Shown here: one piece after another, positions 63,501 through 64,000 of the stretch | Layout of the letters: every line of letters begins with the position of its first letter | Position numbering within the stretch: position 1 is the first letter of the stretch | Source: Felis catus | Lineage: Eukaryota | Length of the DNA: 64,000 bases | Direction of reading: 5' to 3' | NCBI RefSeq assembly: GCF_018350175.1 | Contig: NC_058368.1 | Coordinates: 2,728,001 to 2,792,000, forward strand | The notes under the pieces: generated by a model | Told to the model about the DNA's origin: nothing | What the model saw: only the letters and a program-made list of their open reading frames with translations | The model's database searches: none | Position numbers and translations under genes: made by a program

Positions 63501-64000
63501 CCAGGATTCTTCACGGGAAGAATGTATAGATTTTTTTTTTAGCAGCATTTTTAGTAAGTAGGTTATCTTTAGGATAGAAAGGTCAGCTCTAGGCAGAAAG
63601 GGTAACTTATAATTATCACCATGTTTTTCAGCCAATGGATTACTGTGAAAATACCATCCCTGTGTCAAAATCGGTGTTTAAAATATGCAGTTGATTTCAC
63701 AGACGTCTCTTCACAGATTCTTTCCCATTCCCTGCTGCCCCCCTACCCCCCCAGGGAAGCTCTGTGTCGTCTCCACAGCCCAGGATGCCAGGCTTCCTCT
63801 CTGTCCCTTTCTCCATCTGACCACCTGCTGTGCATCCTTCAGCCACCACCTCGGATGTCCCCGACTCGTGGCCGATTTCTCCTGCTCCCTCTAGACGAAG
63901 CTGATCGCTCAAATATCAGTGGGCTCAACCTTCAGTGCATTTTTCACCCCTCTGTTATAGGAGATGTTCCTATCACATGGTCATTTATTCCGTAAACGTC

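Noticed and set aside
1..64000. ORF-track entries as real genes
   Set aside because: Short, overlapping on both strands, many with non-ATG starts, no recognisable domains; many are SINE (MAQSVERPT...) or microsatellite translations.

Overview
Mammalian nuclear DNA, almost certainly from a feliform carnivore and probably a felid, judged from felid-type Can-SINEs and an L1_Fc-like 3' end. No prokaryotic features, no CRISPR array and no protein-coding gene I can support. The ORF track is essentially chance ORFs, microsatellite read-throughs and SINE/L1 translations; the only recognisable protein remnants are L1 ORF2 C-termini. The window looks intronic or intergenic. It holds about 11 Can-SINE copies or pieces, two 5'-truncated L1s, solo LTRs (MER21-, MLT2-, MLT1-like), Tigger2 and MER5 DNA transposon relics, L2/MIR fragments, a truncated U2 snRNA retrocopy and a 1.9-kb 53/48-bp minisatellite with higher-order structure. 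A repeat-poor, CpG- and G-rich block at about 6.9-11.5 kb looks like a promoter/enhancer with candidate first-exon donors. The most unusual items are: a 270-bp, 99.3% identical copy of unique-looking DNA 8 kb from its partner with no TSD; the minisatellite; a composite SINE inside a single TSD pair; a SINE nested inverted in another SINE; and a candidate 21-nt microexon. I found no convincing new biological system and could not identify the host gene. Repeat family names come from recalled consensus sequences and need RepeatMasker/Dfam confirmation.
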